Below, piece after piece: positions 62,510 to 64,000 of a stretch of DNA of 64,000 bases. Under the pieces are notes generated by a model. The model saw only the letters and a list, made by a program, of their open reading frames with translations. It had not been told where the DNA came from and did no database searches. The position numbers and the translations under genes are program-made. The stretch is taken from NCBI RefSeq assembly GCF_006345805.1, contig NC_042997.1:186806001-186870000 (forward strand). Direction: 5' to 3'. How positions within the stretch are numbered: the first letter of the stretch is position 1; every line of letters begins with the position of its first letter. The DNA is from Octopus sinensis. Its lineage: Eukaryota.

Positions 62510-62738
62510 TTAACCTTTTTCGTTACTGTACTTATTTTAAGATGCTCCGTGTTTCTTTCAATTACTTTAACTATAACAAAGAATTTAGTAAAATAACTTA
62601 GTTATCATTCAGCTAGTGTTATGAACATAAATTGTGACTAAGGTTTAGTGGAAGATTTTAATTAAAAAATTATGGAAACAAGACATTTGTATTCAGAGCC
62701 AGAGCCGGTTTCAGCTGGGTTGGTAACAAAAGGGTTAA
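62510..62738. mobile_element. MITE M1
   Basis: TTAACCTTTT...AAGGGTTAA. Confidence 0.8.
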
Positions 62739-63044
62739 CAGTCAACCAAGCAAAGATCAAAGTTCTTATTATAACAGAAAACAGGCAATTCCAGTGTTAT
62801 TTCAGAACTGAATTACTTACCAAGTAGTAAGAACACAATATTGTGTGCTCCATGCAAGCAATAAGTACACAAATGATGCAGCAGCATTTCTGGTTGACTG
62901 ACAGAGAACCAGGACTTCAGATGTAGAGCAACAGTGAGCACCAGCAGTAAGATCTACTATGATATAAAGTCTGTGAACTGCTCAGATGGCTTGCCAACCA
63001 ATGCTAGCATAGAAAAGCAATTGTTGAAACAATGTTGAGGCAAG

Positions 63045-63357
63045 TGAAATCGAAATCGCTCAAAAATCAATGGAAATTGTTGTTGTGATACCAGTGTCGG
63101 TGGCACGTAAAAGAACCACCTGAACGTGGCCGTTGCCAGCGCCACCCCGACTGGCCTCCGTGCCAGTGGCACGTAAAAAGCACACACTACACTCACGGAG
63201 TGGTTGGCGTTAGGAAGGGCATCCAGCTGTAGAACCACTGCCAGATCAGACTGGGCCTGGTGCAGCCTTCTGGCTTCCCAGACCCCGGTCGAACCGTCCA
63301 ACCCATGCTAGCATGGAAAGCAGATGTTAAACGATGATGATGATGATGATGATGAAT
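63045..63357 (+). mobile_element. Family C (RTE 3' end)
   Basis: Core motifs and (GAT)n tail. Confidence 0.85.
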
Positions 63358-64000
63358 GATAATGAGCTTTCCTAGAGGATGAGAGGAATCTGGGGATTTT
63401 TGTGAACTCTGCTTGTGATAAAAGTTGTTCTCAGCTAATATCACATTTTTTTCTTCTTAAAAACCCTCTGTCCATTTAAGTTTTAATGAAGAAAGAGGGT
63501 TGAGTGCATTTGTAAATTTAAGTTTTGCATCTGCCACTGAATTAAGATGGTTACAGTTAGTGTTATTCCTAGCACAGAATATATTTCCTCATCATTTAAC
63601 AACCACTTTCCATACTAGCATGAGCTGTACAGTTCCACACGATCTGATAGGTAAGAGGAACACATCTTACCTCAACATGTCAATTTTGGAGTGGTTTCTG
63701 TGACTGGATGCCTACCCTCATTTTTTTTTTTTTCTTGTATCTCAATAAAACAAATATTAAATTTAAAGTGATAAGAAATGTCTGATGAAAGGATATAACA
63801 TTGTTTCTAACAGGATTTGAACTCAGGATTAATAGGTCAGGAATTATGTAACTTAACCAATAAGCTTCTAACATACTGTTTTTTTGAAGTTATTTTGATG
63901 GTCTGATATCGTTAATGCTACACAGAAAGTGGAATTATGTTAAATGCTTTATATAAACAAACAAAAAATAAGTGCAGCTAACAGATTTGATTTAGACATT

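Noticed and set aside
62821-62953. Minus-strand exon candidate with TTG/GTAAGT donor
   Set aside because: Two frames are open but neither resembles a known protein, and the region borders an old RTE remnant.

Overview
AT-rich animal genomic DNA, very probably an octopus. This is an inference from the extreme microsatellite load and from tRNA-SINE and RTE families I recall as abundant in Octopus genomes; I could not run a database check. The window looks intronic or intergenic. I recognise no host protein-coding gene, and almost all ORFs in the track are translations of microsatellites or SINEs. It is a mosaic of several tRNA-derived SINE families (informally SINE-A, -B, -D), (GAT)n-tailed RTE-LINE 3' ends, decayed mariner transposases, TTAA-ended MITEs, a non-autonomous Helitron, and remnants of RTE, CR1/L2-like and restriction-like-endonuclease (R4/Dong-type) non-LTR retrotransposons. 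There is one 100-N assembly gap. The most interesting signals: (1) minimal type-I hammerhead ribozyme motifs in at least four unrelated Penelope-like repeat contexts, including a spacer-less ~515-bp palindrome with a hammerhead on each strand and a TSD-flanked ~190-bp mini-element with an inverted terminus; (2) a young 5'-truncated Dong/R4-type element with an uninterrupted ~295-aa zinc-knuckle/endonuclease ORF, plus a second short copy, both embedded in (TAA)n; (3) an exact 9 x 99-bp tandem array that keeps one open frame (33-aa repeats) and starts at a possible splice acceptor; (4) several long inverted repeats that could form dsRNA. Repeat boundaries were read by eye and are approximate unless stated otherwise.
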